64,000 nt of DNA, from positions 155,476 through 219,475 of the IMG/VR virus record IMGVR_UViG_3300042540_001822. One strand, given 5' to 3'. A program made the position numbers and the translations under genes. Positions 55,720-64,000 of this stretch are shown in pieces. Under the pieces are notes generated by a model. That model was not told the origin of the DNA. It did not search any database and saw nothing but the letters and a program-made list of their open reading frames with translations. Position 1 is the stretch's first letter. Every line of letters starts with the position of its first letter.

Positions 55720-56593
55720 GTTCTAAATATCTGGCAAAGTCTTCCACAATATCTAACATTTTATCATTATAAATGTAACTAGGTGAAGTAACTAAAGACC
55801 AGGCATCTTCAAATGTTTTCACTTGATTTGGATCAATCCCTGGACCAAACATAAGTTCTACTGCCTCTTGTGGATCGTTGGTGACAAATTGGACTGTTCC
55901 TTCTATGGTTTGTGGTCTAGAAAGTCTGTTCTTTCTTATTCCACGGTAGGATTTTTTGGATTTAAAAATTCCTTCACTTAATCTCAAAACATAGCCTTCA
56001 TAATCCATGATTTTCCCCTCTTCATCAAGACTTTCTACCTCTTTTAAAGAAGAAAGAATAGCCTGAAAAAGCCAATTCCGATGGGCAGATTTGTACACAG
56101 ATTCGTCAAGACGATAATCCGGAGAGTAATAAATAAATCTTGCCCAATCCATATTGGAAAGAGGAATAAGATCCAACTGAACAATTCCTTGAGATGGATC
56201 TCCTCCGATTGGCCAACCGATTGAAAGTACTCCTAAACCCTTCATGAGCTTCATGTCGGGTTCAAATCCAAGGATTTCAGGCAATTCAGTAGACAATAAC
56301 TGTTCCAAATCCGTCAAGACAGTTTCGGGGCTGGAACCCAATTGATCCATCAGATACTCTTTGGAAATCCCCAAATCGATGTCACCAGAATCGTCCGTTG
56401 GGTTTTTCTTTTTTCCAATGCTTCCGATTAGCAAAAAATCCTCGTCAAAATTACCACCGCCCAAAATAGAAAACAGATTTGATTCTATGTGTTCCAATGT
56501 GGACTGTGCTTCATCCTCCCTTATTCTACGGGAGGTTTTTATGGCGGCCCCGCCTTCATTTAATCTCATAAATTGGTTGAAATTAGCAATCAT
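55655..56593 (-). CDS. Pol-beta-superfamily nucleotidyltransferase with CTS-like N-terminus
   Basis: LIGSIGKK...SGDIDLG, third acidic residue in VQLDL; MIANFNQFMRLNE. Confidence 0.7.
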   Translation of the reverse strand: MIANFNQFMRLNEGGAAIKTSRRIREDEAQSTLEHIESNLFSILGGGNFDEDFLLIGSIGKKKNPTDDSGDIDLGISKEYLMDQLGSSPETVLTDLEQLLSTELPEILGFEPDMKLMKGLGVLSIGWPIGGDPSQGIVQLDLIPLSNMDWARFIYYSPDYRLDESVYKSAHRNWLFQAILSSLKEVESLDEEGKIMDYEGYVLRLSEGIFKSKKSYRGIRKNRLSRPQTIEGTVQFVTNDPQEAVELMFGPGIDPNQVKTFEDAWSLVTSPSYIYNDKMLDIVEDFARYLERAKLPIPSEVQTKQNSLSDDV

Positions 56594-57076
56594 TTAATCT
56601 AAATCAAAATATTTTCTAGAACGTCTTAAATAATCTCGATATTTTCTTTGATCTTCAGTTTTAGGTTTTTCCACATCGAAATCAGAACCGAAAGTTTTTT
56701 TACCAGAATACAAAGATCTTGTGTAAAAATCTTCATAATCTTTTTCTTTGTTTTTTCCACTTTTCTGAATACTTTCTCCCCATCTGCTAAAAACCTCTTC
56801 TTCATCTTTTGATCCCTTTGGAAGTTTACTTCCAATTGCTCCGAAAATTGCCTTACCAGCTTTAGAGATACCAATCCCAGCTGCTCCTAAAAGTCTTCCT
56901 AGAGCTCCTCCTGGATCTTCTGCCATGGCTTTAGCCCAGCTCGAATAACCTCTCCAATTTTCTCCTTCTATTTCAGGAACTCTAGATCTTATTCTTGCCT
57001 CTAGTTCTTCCCACTTTTTTTTTGCAATATTTTCATTCAAAGAATTAAATTCATCAAATTTTAAAACTGAGGACAT
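56594..57076 (-). CDS. Hypothetical protein with CTS-like N-terminus
   Basis: MSSVLKFDEFNSLNEN. Confidence 0.6.
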   Translation of the reverse strand: MSSVLKFDEFNSLNENIAKKKWEELEARIRSRVPEIEGENWRGYSSWAKAMAEDPGGALGRLLGAAGIGISKAGKAIFGAIGSKLPKGSKDEEEVFSRWGESIQKSGKNKEKDYEDFYTRSLYSGKKTFGSDFDVEKPKTEDQRKYRDYLRRSRKYFDLD

Positions 57077-57094
57077 ACCAAATCTTATTTTACC

Positions 57095-57102
57095 TATATA
57101 TC
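57095..57102 (-). promoter_or_regulatory. GATATATA late-promoter-like motif
   Basis: Upstream of start 57076. Confidence 0.55.
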
Positions 57103-57111
57103 TCCGTGCCG

Positions 57112-58635
57112 TTACAGCTTTACCTTGAAAATTTGGTACTTGAATTTTTCGTTTTTGTAAATTTCAATTCTTGCCTGCCCGTGTTTCATCAAGTAATTTG
57201 TATACCTAGATGAACAAAAATCATCCACAAAATCGATAACATTAACTTTCTCTTTCCCTTCCATCAGCCTCATACCTCTTCCCAAACTTTGTTTGATCAA
57301 AACCTCGCTCTTGTAAGATTCGACCAGAAAAATATTGTGGAGATTGTTGATAGAAATACCAGTAGCAAAAGTTCCAAAGGTCGCTACAAGAATCTTATTG
57401 TCGCCCTCGCCCATTCTAGATTTATACTCTTCCCTTAATTTCTCATCGGTATCCCCATCAACATAAAAAACTTCTTTGGAAGAATCTTGTTCTCTTAATC
57501 TATTCCAGATTTGTTTTCCGTATTCGTCCTTTACAGATTGAAAAAGAACCAAAGAATTTTTAGAAGTTTTAGCAACGAAATCCACGATGTAGGCGATTCT
57601 TTTTTCGCTTTCTACCACCATCTTTCTTTCAATGTTGTAAATTTCCGTACCTTCTAAATTTTGAGAGGTAAATTTCAGCTGGGCTAGTTTGTCCTTGATT
57701 TCTGGATCTAACCAGTCGAGCATGACGACTTTGATAGCCACTGGGGTAGCGTGTTTGTTTTGGAACAAAAAGTCAGGAGAGATTTCTACGATGACCGGAC
57801 CCAAGAATTGCTGGATTGTCAGATGATCTGCTGTTCCCCTCTTGGTAAGAGTTCCAGTTAATCCAAAACGCCACCCGGTCCCCATACATTTTGACATAAT
57901 TTTCTTGATGGACATGGAATTTGTATGGTGTGCCTCATCCACAAAAACAGCGTCTATGCCCTCAAAGAAATCCTGTTCTTGTTTCACCAAAGATTGAAAT
58001 GTTCCGATGATAACGTCACATCCTTCTCTTATCTTGCTGCCCCCGCCTATCTGTTGTATCTTGACCCCAAGTTCTCCAATTCCATAATCCAAAAAGTCGT
58101 CATTTCCCTGAAAAACAAGATTGGTACTTGGAACTATCATCAGAAATTTCCGAATATAATTTCTGGATTTCAGAAAAGCCAAAATCATAAAGGCGATAAG
58201 AGTTTTTCCTGATGAAGTAGCAATCTCCGAAACAGAATAACGATATTTAACAATTTTCCAGGCGGCCTCTATTTGGTAGTCTCTGGGTTTAATTTCTTTG
58301 TCGGCGAAGAATTCATTTACCCAATTTTGGAATTCTTCCAAAGTTAGATCTGAAAGTATTAAAGAATCCAATCCTTCTATCTGAACTTCATATCCAAATT
58401 CCTTTCCTATGCTGAAAATCTCCATCCAAAGACCAACGGGGACTCTCCAAATCAAACCCTTTTTTTCTACGAAACAAACATTACCATCCCAAATTTTTTT
58501 CTTTACCAAAGGGTGGAAGAACCAATTATTTACTTTTTTGGTTAAAGAAATTTCAATCTGTCTTTTCTCCACTTCTGTGACCAGATTGCTCATGATGAGC
58601 CATTGGCGATCTTCGGAGACTGTGAACTTCAACAT
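57112..58635 (-). CDS. uvsW: UvsW-like SF2 DNA helicase
   Basis: PRDYQ, IATSSGKT, VDEAH, GLTGT, VATFGTFATGISINNLH, QSLGRGMR. Confidence 0.92.
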   Translation of the reverse strand: MLKFTVSEDRQWLIMSNLVTEVEKRQIEISLTKKVNNWFFHPLVKKKIWDGNVCFVEKKGLIWRVPVGLWMEIFSIGKEFGYEVQIEGLDSLILSDLTLEEFQNWVNEFFADKEIKPRDYQIEAAWKIVKYRYSVSEIATSSGKTLIAFMILAFLKSRNYIRKFLMIVPSTNLVFQGNDDFLDYGIGELGVKIQQIGGGSKIREGCDVIIGTFQSLVKQEQDFFEGIDAVFVDEAHHTNSMSIKKIMSKCMGTGWRFGLTGTLTKRGTADHLTIQQFLGPVIVEISPDFLFQNKHATPVAIKVVMLDWLDPEIKDKLAQLKFTSQNLEGTEIYNIERKMVVESEKRIAYIVDFVAKTSKNSLVLFQSVKDEYGKQIWNRLREQDSSKEVFYVDGDTDEKLREEYKSRMGEGDNKILVATFGTFATGISINNLHNIFLVESYKSEVLIKQSLGRGMRLMEGKEKVNVIDFVDDFCSSRYTNYLMKHGQARIEIYKNEKFKYQIFKVKL

Positions 58636-58647
58636 CCTTTGATAAAA

Positions 58648-59085
58648 TTATTTGATTGTTCCGCCTCTTAGATATTCTTCTAAAGAAACTCTTTGTTTTA
58701 TACCATATAACATGTGATCAACGGTCTGAACTGTCTGATCCATGAATTTACGGTGGCCTTCTACAAGTTCTATTTTTTGTGTTATCTCGGCTAGATCACC
58801 CTCGATGAGAGTTTTTGTTTCATTGCTTCCATACCTAACATCTTTGTTTTCTTGGTATTCCTTTAATTTTTTTGCTCTTTCCTGTCTCTCTCTTGATGAA
58901 AGCTTAGAGATAATCGAAGCCAGTTTAAAACTGTACTCGATTAAAATTTGTCGAGTGCTAAAAAGTTCGATCTGGGCTTCCGCCACAGTTCTAATGTTCT
59001 TTAAACTCAAAGAAATAACCTGAATTTTCTCTCTCCATTCGGCTCTTTCTGTTTCGAAAACTTTGTGAAAATCTGTCTCTGCCAC
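58648..59085 (-). CDS. uvsY: UvsY-like recombination mediator
   Basis: 145 aa helical, TKTLIEGD, position adjacent to uvsW as in T4-like phages. Confidence 0.65.
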   Translation of the reverse strand: MAETDFHKVFETERAEWREKIQVISLSLKNIRTVAEAQIELFSTRQILIEYSFKLASIISKLSSRERQERAKKLKEYQENKDVRYGSNETKTLIEGDLAEITQKIELVEGHRKFMDQTVQTVDHMLYGIKQRVSLEEYLRGGTIK

Positions 59086-59087
59086 TT

Positions 59088-59303
59088 TTAGAATAATTGA
59101 TTTCTGTTGGTTTTTTTCTTTTTATTTAGATCTACTGAGATCGACTTCTTTTGTTTCAATTTTGGTTCTTCGTAGGATGCTAGGTCTTCGATCTTGTCCA
59201 AAGAATTTAGGATCTCAATCTCGTGAAGGGCTATCGGAAATTTGAGCCCATTTTGCTTTTTTGGTGGTTGAATAGGATTGTAATCGTGTAGAAACATGCT
59301 CAA
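59088..59303 (-). CDS. Hypothetical protein
   Basis: ORF with ATGA overlap to primase. Confidence 0.5.
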   Translation of the reverse strand: MSMFLHDYNPIQPPKKQNGLKFPIALHEIEILNSLDKIEDLASYEEPKLKQKKSISVDLNKKKKTNRNQLF

Positions 59304-60364
59304 ACCTCCATAAAGTATGTTAAATCTAAAGTTTCTTTGGTAAAATAATCCTCAAATCTTCTGATTTTTAATTTCTTCAAACGAAGATAATTGATCAGAT
59401 CGTTTAAATCCCACTTTTTGTCCAGAGGCAGGTTATGATCCTGTAGAAATTTTTTCCAATTGAAAACCAAATTTCCTTTGGTGAGCATTTCTAAAGATTT
59501 TGTTCTACCTGCTTTGTCCCAATCATACCAAAATCTGATGTCGTCAAATTCAAATGGAAATTTGTTTTCTATAGAACAAAGGCCAACTGAATTTTCCCAG
59601 AACCAAGAATCCATTGGACCTTCAAAAATTGTGATTGTACGATCGAAAGAAATCTGACCAATCCCAAAGACGTGGGATATAGGATCTATCTTGCCACATT
59701 CCATCAAAAATTCTGAGTTGGTCTCTCCCATCATTTTCTCCCAAATTCCACTCAATTTATAAGTGTAATATTTAGAAGCTCTTGTTGATTTTGACATAGA
59801 TCGAACTTGAAGACCAATAATTTCTTGATCTTTTGTAAGATTGAAAAGAAAAAGTCTTTCTTCTGCCGGATCCCAAGCAAATTTCTGATCGGGAACTTGG
59901 TTTCTTCTTTTCAAGTAACCTGCAATGGAAGATTTATCCACATCTTCCAATTTTAAACGTTGTATAAAATCTTTCCTAGGAATAACATATTTTTTAAAGT
60001 CAATTTCAAACAACATAGAAATATCCACATCTCCATAGTGGGTTTTTCTTTTTTCTTTGCTTTCCTTAATGATCTTTAAAATTTCTTTTCTGTCGTCTGA
60101 ATTTAAATCGGATAAAACTTCAAAATCAGTAAAGAAAGCATACCCATCTTTGAAAATACCACAACCACCATTGTAACATTTATAACACAAGGTTGTCAAA
60201 TAAAAGTTCCCTCTTTTTTTTCTTCCAGTAGAGCTATCCCCGCAGTATGGGCAAGAAAAATTAATTCTATTTCCGGCCAGATAAATTTTTTGCCTGGCAG
60301 AATCTCCTGGAAAGGATTTTCTTAAAACAGTTTCGACTAGATTCTCTATTTTGGTAAGTTCCAT
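59300..60364 (-). CDS. DNA primase (T4 gp61-like)
   Basis: NFSCPYCGD..YKCYNGGC zinc finger, FEGPMD, YDWD, WDLND. Confidence 0.9.
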   Translation of the reverse strand: MELTKIENLVETVLRKSFPGDSARQKIYLAGNRINFSCPYCGDSSTGRKKRGNFYLTTLCYKCYNGGCGIFKDGYAFFTDFEVLSDLNSDDRKEILKIIKESKEKRKTHYGDVDISMLFEIDFKKYVIPRKDFIQRLKLEDVDKSSIAGYLKRRNQVPDQKFAWDPAEERLFLFNLTKDQEIIGLQVRSMSKSTRASKYYTYKLSGIWEKMMGETNSEFLMECGKIDPISHVFGIGQISFDRTITIFEGPMDSWFWENSVGLCSIENKFPFEFDDIRFWYDWDKAGRTKSLEMLTKGNLVFNWKKFLQDHNLPLDKKWDLNDLINYLRLKKLKIRRFEDYFTKETLDLTYFMEV

Positions 60365-60372
60365 GATTTGAC

Positions 60373-60398
60373 AAAAAAGGGGAGGTTTCCCTCCCCTT
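60373..60398 (-). terminator. Intrinsic terminator after SSB
   Basis: AAGGGGAGG-GAAA-CCTCCCCTT then U-run. Confidence 0.85.
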
Positions 60399-60422
60399 AT
60401 GATTTTAATTTAATAATAAAAA

Positions 60423-61403
60423 TTAAAGATCTGCGTATAGATCATCCAAAGAAGAAGCAGTTGTGGGTGCTGCCGGTCTCTTTAGACCTGCCTTTGATGC
60501 CTTTTCTGCCGGCTCTTCGTCAGGAACGGAACCTACCCGTGTAGAAACTGCTTCATCGTACAAAGAAGATGATTGAGATGGGGCTTCTGTTTTGTAAGAA
60601 GAAGGTGATGGTTTATTGACACCTCCTAAAATTTCGTTGACCAATCTTCCATCTGGAACTGTATTGCGAATAATAGACATTACTCTTTCGGTCAAATCAT
60701 CATCCCAATCTTTGTAATCAAAGGCCGTGAGATTTTGAGGACCAGACTCCAAATAGGCTGTAATTTCTTTCATGTCCTCTTGGTTTTTCTTCATTTTTCT
60801 TCCTTCAATCTCAATTGGACATTTGTCACCAACAAAAGAACAAAGATCGTAGTTGTTCCATTCCCCTACCTTACGGGATTGGATAGAAAAAAGCTTACCG
60901 CTGAAAAGATCAAATGGGTTGCAAGGATCTCCATATTCGGGTTTGAGCTGTGCTTCCAACATTTCGTTGAGCTTCTTACCAAATTTGAAAATCATAATTT
61001 TTCCTTCCAAATCAGGATTGTTTTTGTCCTGTACAATTTGAATCAAGGAATAATAATCTTCTTTTCGGCTAAATCCTTTGGAAAGCTCTTGATCAGCCGC
61101 CGAATGTGAATTCTTTAATTTCCAGAAGATGTCCTTCAGAATTGATTTTTTTCCAACTGTTGAAGGGCAATCAACCGAAAATTTATCACCAGAAATTGGG
61201 TCGGTCAGATACACGTAGTATTTGTGGATTTTGGATTTTACCGGGTCAGTGATATTCGGAACGAATCTCACCAGTGCCTTGTAAACTCCATCTTTTCCAT
61301 TTTCGGGGTAGGGCTTGTAGAATTCAGATTCCTTACCACCTTTTTCGTTTGTTTTGGTTACAAAATTCTCCAGATCTAAATTGAAGATGTCCAAGTTGCT
61401 CAT
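60423..61403 (-). CDS. Single-stranded DNA-binding protein (T4 gp32-like)
   Basis: ALVRFVP, VDCP, KIMIFKFGKK, NPFDLFSG, NNYD, acidic tail SLDDLYADL. Confidence 0.9.
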   Translation of the reverse strand: MSNLDIFNLDLENFVTKTNEKGGKESEFYKPYPENGKDGVYKALVRFVPNITDPVKSKIHKYYVYLTDPISGDKFSVDCPSTVGKKSILKDIFWKLKNSHSAADQELSKGFSRKEDYYSLIQIVQDKNNPDLEGKIMIFKFGKKLNEMLEAQLKPEYGDPCNPFDLFSGKLFSIQSRKVGEWNNYDLCSFVGDKCPIEIEGRKMKKNQEDMKEITAYLESGPQNLTAFDYKDWDDDLTERVMSIIRNTVPDGRLVNEILGGVNKPSPSSYKTEAPSQSSSLYDEAVSTRVGSVPDEEPAEKASKAGLKRPAAPTTASSLDDLYADL

Positions 61404-61469
61404 AATTTTTTAAGTTTTTTTTATTTGTGTGTTTAATTGTGTTCAAAATGAAAAGTTTCCTTTAATTTC

Positions 61470-61937
61470 TTATATATCTTTATTTTTTTGTTCTATTTTG
61501 TATTTATATTGGGCTATGACATCGGAACATATTCCAATACAAGAATCAATTGGATCGTGATGAACTTCGGGCAAAACGGCAATAGAACCCTCAATGGGTT
61601 GTTTTCCTGGATAAACCCAAACAAATCCACGGCTGGTCAAAGTTGCCAAATCGGATTCATGAAAGAAATAGTGCAAATCTGTTTTCATCATTTGAATCAA
61701 AGCCTCCTCATTTTTGATGTGTATCCACAACCTTTTTTCTCTTTCGATCAACCAATCCAAAGTAACTAAATGTTTTCCCTCGTCGTGACCCAAGAAAAAT
61801 TGATTCTCATAGGACCAAAGGTCCACTTCTACATCAAACCCAAGATCCAAAGCTTTGTCGATATAATCTGTCCTATTTTCAAATTCTGGCATCGATCCTG
61901 CCAAATTTCCCCTATGAGAAATAAATTTAAATTTCAT
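61470..61937 (-). CDS. Minimal GDPD/PI-PLC-like phosphodiesterase
   Basis: ISHRGN, DVEVDL, LGHD, WIHIKN, YFFH, GICSD. Confidence 0.7.
   Translation of the reverse strand: MKFKFISHRGNLAGSMPEFENRTDYIDKALDLGFDVEVDLWSYENQFFLGHDEGKHLVTLDWLIEREKRLWIHIKNEEALIQMMKTDLHYFFHESDLATLTSRGFVWVYPGKQPIEGSIAVLPEVHHDPIDSCIGICSDVIAQYKYKIEQKNKDI
61471..61478 (-). promoter_or_regulatory. GATATATA late-promoter-like motif
   Basis: Upstream of SSB; GGAAACTTTT also present at 61451-61460. Confidence 0.45.
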
Positions 61938-61944
61938 TTTTTGT

Positions 61945-62610
61945 TTATACGGAGTTTAGATCCTGAAATAACTTCAAACAAATCCACGTGGCATCCACAA
62001 GATCGTCTACTGGTTTGTTTACGCTTTTCGCCGGGGTTATCCACTGAGACTGATACATTTGGAGGGTTTTAGTGAGGGTTTCAAAATTTGTTCCTTCCAT
62101 TTTTTGTTCGATCAAAGCATGATACAATTCATCCTTTTTAGCATTTCCCTTCACGGCAAATTTTTTGACAGAGGTTGGGGAGAATACGTGGAAATTTTGA
62201 CTTCCGATTTTTTGGGTAATCTTTGCTCTCAATAAAGCAGTTGCCATAGATATGTCAATAAGAGCGTTTCCGTTGGATGCAAAGCTTAGTCCTTCTATGG
62301 CTATGTGAGTTTTTGGACATTCTATGTGTGGCTCTATCCCAGACCAAAAGAAATCCACCAATTCTAAAAAATAGTCGATCTTTATTCTTTCTTTCGCTGA
62401 GTACTCCTCAGGAAGCTTTTCTTTCGTTAGAAAGGTAAGATTGAAATTTGGTGTTTGTGACAAAACAGAATAAGGCTTGTTAGCAGATTTTAAAAATGAA
62501 TCTTCGCTTCTATCGGATCTTGTTAAACTGCCCCAGAAAAATTTCGAATTAGATAATACACAGTAAGCAGGAGAATTTAGGGAAAAGTCTATCCCTATGA
62601 AAATTGACAT
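61945..62610 (-). CDS. RuvC-like Holliday junction resolvase
   Basis: IGIDFS, IAIEG, PTSVKKFAVKGNAKKD, DDLVDA. Confidence 0.8.
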   Translation of the reverse strand: MSIFIGIDFSLNSPAYCVLSNSKFFWGSLTRSDRSEDSFLKSANKPYSVLSQTPNFNLTFLTKEKLPEEYSAKERIKIDYFLELVDFFWSGIEPHIECPKTHIAIEGLSFASNGNALIDISMATALLRAKITQKIGSQNFHVFSPTSVKKFAVKGNAKKDELYHALIEQKMEGTNFETLTKTLQMYQSQWITPAKSVNKPVDDLVDATWICLKLFQDLNSV

Positions 62611-62625
62611 AAATTGAGATTTATG

Positions 62626-62633
62626 TATATATC
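62626..62633 (-). promoter_or_regulatory. GATATATA late-promoter-like motif
   Basis: Upstream of start 62610. Confidence 0.5.
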
Positions 62634-64000
62634 TACACTATTCTAAATCCTTGAATAAAATTACTAAAATCATCAGTATTTGTAGAAGCTTTCACTGTTG
62701 CAGCATCTCCTGAAGTTTTCTCTGACCTAACCCAAAAATACAAAGTAAGGGGACTAGCTCCTCCAGTTAGAATTAAAGATGAACTAAAACCATTTTGGTA
62801 TTTTGGACTATCTGCAGTAACTTCACTAACCTCGAAAACCCAGACACCGTAAGCTGTATTTATTGCTCCAGTACCGCCGACATTTCCTAAAACAACTTTG
62901 TATCTTTCGACATTATCCGAGTCCACATTTAAATTCACTTGAAAATAAAAGGAAAGGTTCCAGACTTCATTAGCGGCTATTGTAATTGTACCGGATGTAC
63001 TGTTGTAGTCATTTCCAGTATCGTATTTTTCTGAATCTGCTACAAAAGCGTTGGCAGTCGTAAGTGTTCCTGGGTTATTATTTACCACATCATAAGAAGT
63101 TGTTCTTGAAGCACGGAAATAGGTGGATCCTGGGTTAGAGCCAGAAGTTCCTGAGGTTCCACAAGAACAAGAAGTTCCTGATGATCCTGCTGTTCCAGAA
63201 CTTCCAGCACTTCCAGCACTTCCAGAAGTTCCAGAAGTTCCAGAAGTTCCGGGTAAAGAAAAGCTTAATGAAAAAATCTCATCCTCCTTTGCCCCATCGT
63301 CTGCACAAGCTATTTGAAATCCAGTGTATGCATACCAACCATTTTCATCTGAAATTGAGTCTATTCTCCAAATGAAATAAGAACCAGATGTGCAAGACTG
63401 AAAAATCAAAAGGGTCCCAACGGTAAAAGTTCCAAGCAAAGCAGAAAAATCGCTATTGGGGTTATAAGCGAAATCACTAAGAGATAAATTTCTTTCTTCT
63501 GATAAGTCACAAAAGTTATTTGTATTAAAATCAAAATAACCATTACCGGGGTCATTAGGAGCAGATGCATTTTTTTTCCATCTCCACTGGGGAATTGCGC
63601 AACCAGATGTTCCGCTAGATCCAGACGTTCCAGAAGTTCCTGAAGAACCAGAGGTTCCAGAAGAACCAGACGTTCCAGATGATCCTGCAGTTCCAGACGA
63701 TCCTGCGGTTCCAGATGATCCTGCGGTTCCAGATGATCCAGATGTTCCGGAAGAACCAGATGATCCGGAAGAACCAGATGATCCAGAAGAACCGGAAGAT
63801 CCTGAGGATCCACTTGATCCAGAGGAACCGGATGATCCACTCGATCCAGAAGAACCGGAGGTTCCTGATGAACCCGAAGATCCTGATGATCCACTCGATC
63901 CAGAAGAACCAGAAGTTCCCGAAGAACCTGATGACCCCGAGGATCCGCTAGATCCAGATGAACCAGAGGTTCCTGAAGAACCTGATGATCCCGAGGATCC
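62633..64000 (-). CDS. Gly-Ser/Thr-Ser triplet-repeat fibre-like protein, 5' end outside window
   Basis: One open frame from 64000 to stop 62633: GSSGSSGSSGTSG...GCAIPQWRWKKNASAPNDPGNG...; C-terminal beta-rich head-like domain. Confidence 0.8.
   Translation of the reverse strand, partial: GSSGSSGSSGTSGSSGSSGSSGSSGSSGTSGSSGSSGSSGSSGSSGTSGSSGSSGSSGSSGSSGSSGSSGSSGSSGSSGSSGSSGTSGSSGTAGSSGTAGSSGTAGSSGTSGSSGTSGSSGTSGTSGSSGTSGCAIPQWRWKKNASAPNDPGNGYFDFNTNNFCDLSEERNLSLSDFAYNPNSDFSALLGTFTVGTLLIFQSCTSGSYFIWRIDSISDENGWYAYTGFQIACADDGAKEDEIFSLSFSLPGTSGTSGTSGSAGSAGSSGTAGSSGTSCSCGTSGTSGSNPGSTYFRASRTTSYDVVNNNPGTLTTANAFVADSEKYDTGNDYNSTSGTITIAANEVWNLSFYFQVNLNVDSDNVERYKVVLGNVGGTGAINTAYGVWVFEVSEVTADSPKYQNGFSSSLILTGGASPLTLYFWVRSEKTSGDAATVKASTNTDDFSNFIQGFRIV
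63602..64000. repeat. Degenerate 9-bp coding repeat (G-S-S / G-T-S)
   Basis: About 44 consecutive G-x-x triplets; second short tract near 63128-63258. Confidence 0.9.

Noticed and set aside
305-62072. Most plus-strand ORFs in the track (e.g. 305, 1392, 8509, 28244, 35353, 36600, 54121)
   Set aside because: Antisense to well-supported minus-strand genes; only 18661, 23195 and 48443 occupy free space with their own upstream motif
63123-63951. Track ORFs 63406-63894, 63679-63951, 63123-63317, 63181-63375 and an apparent frameshift in the fibre gene
   Set aside because: These are shifted-frame or antisense readings of the G-S-S repeat; the true frame is open from 64000 to 62633
1-64000. Stop-codon recoding (alternative genetic code)
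   Set aside because: Conserved genes are full-length under code 11; TGA terminates genes (e.g. 25336, 48727); no suppressor tRNA seen

Overview
64 kb segment of a large T4-like (jumbo) myovirus genome, AT-rich and almost entirely encoded on the minus strand. The host is probably a Bacteroidota bacterium: the tmRNA tag starts GEN, there are Hc1 histone-like and DUF4494-like genes and a GlnII, starts are A-rich without Shine-Dalgarno, and TAnnTTTG elements occur. Contents: T4-type replication/recombination genes (PolB split into two genes ~19 kb apart, putative clamp, primase, gp32 SSB, UvsW, UvsY, RuvC-like, topo II A/B); nucleotide metabolism (nrdAB, gp56-like dCTPase/dUTPase, Asp-type thymidylate-synthase homologue, Adk, Trx); a ~15 kb sugar-modification island; proteostasis genes (tmRNA, ClpP, DnaJ, Hsp20, RimK fusion); tRNA-Ser; and a partial Gly-Ser-Ser repeat fibre gene. 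Top leads: (1) about 19 unrelated proteins, including enzymes, share an F-x-x-F...(L/I/V/M)-x-E motif resembling the T4 capsid-targeting sequence, and most sit behind a GATATATA late-promoter-like motif, suggesting a large virion-packaged injected proteome; (2) a candidate cytosine hypermodification pathway; (3) a membrane-protein gene enclosed by a perfect 16-bp inverted repeat. All family calls come from motif recognition by eye; no database search was run.
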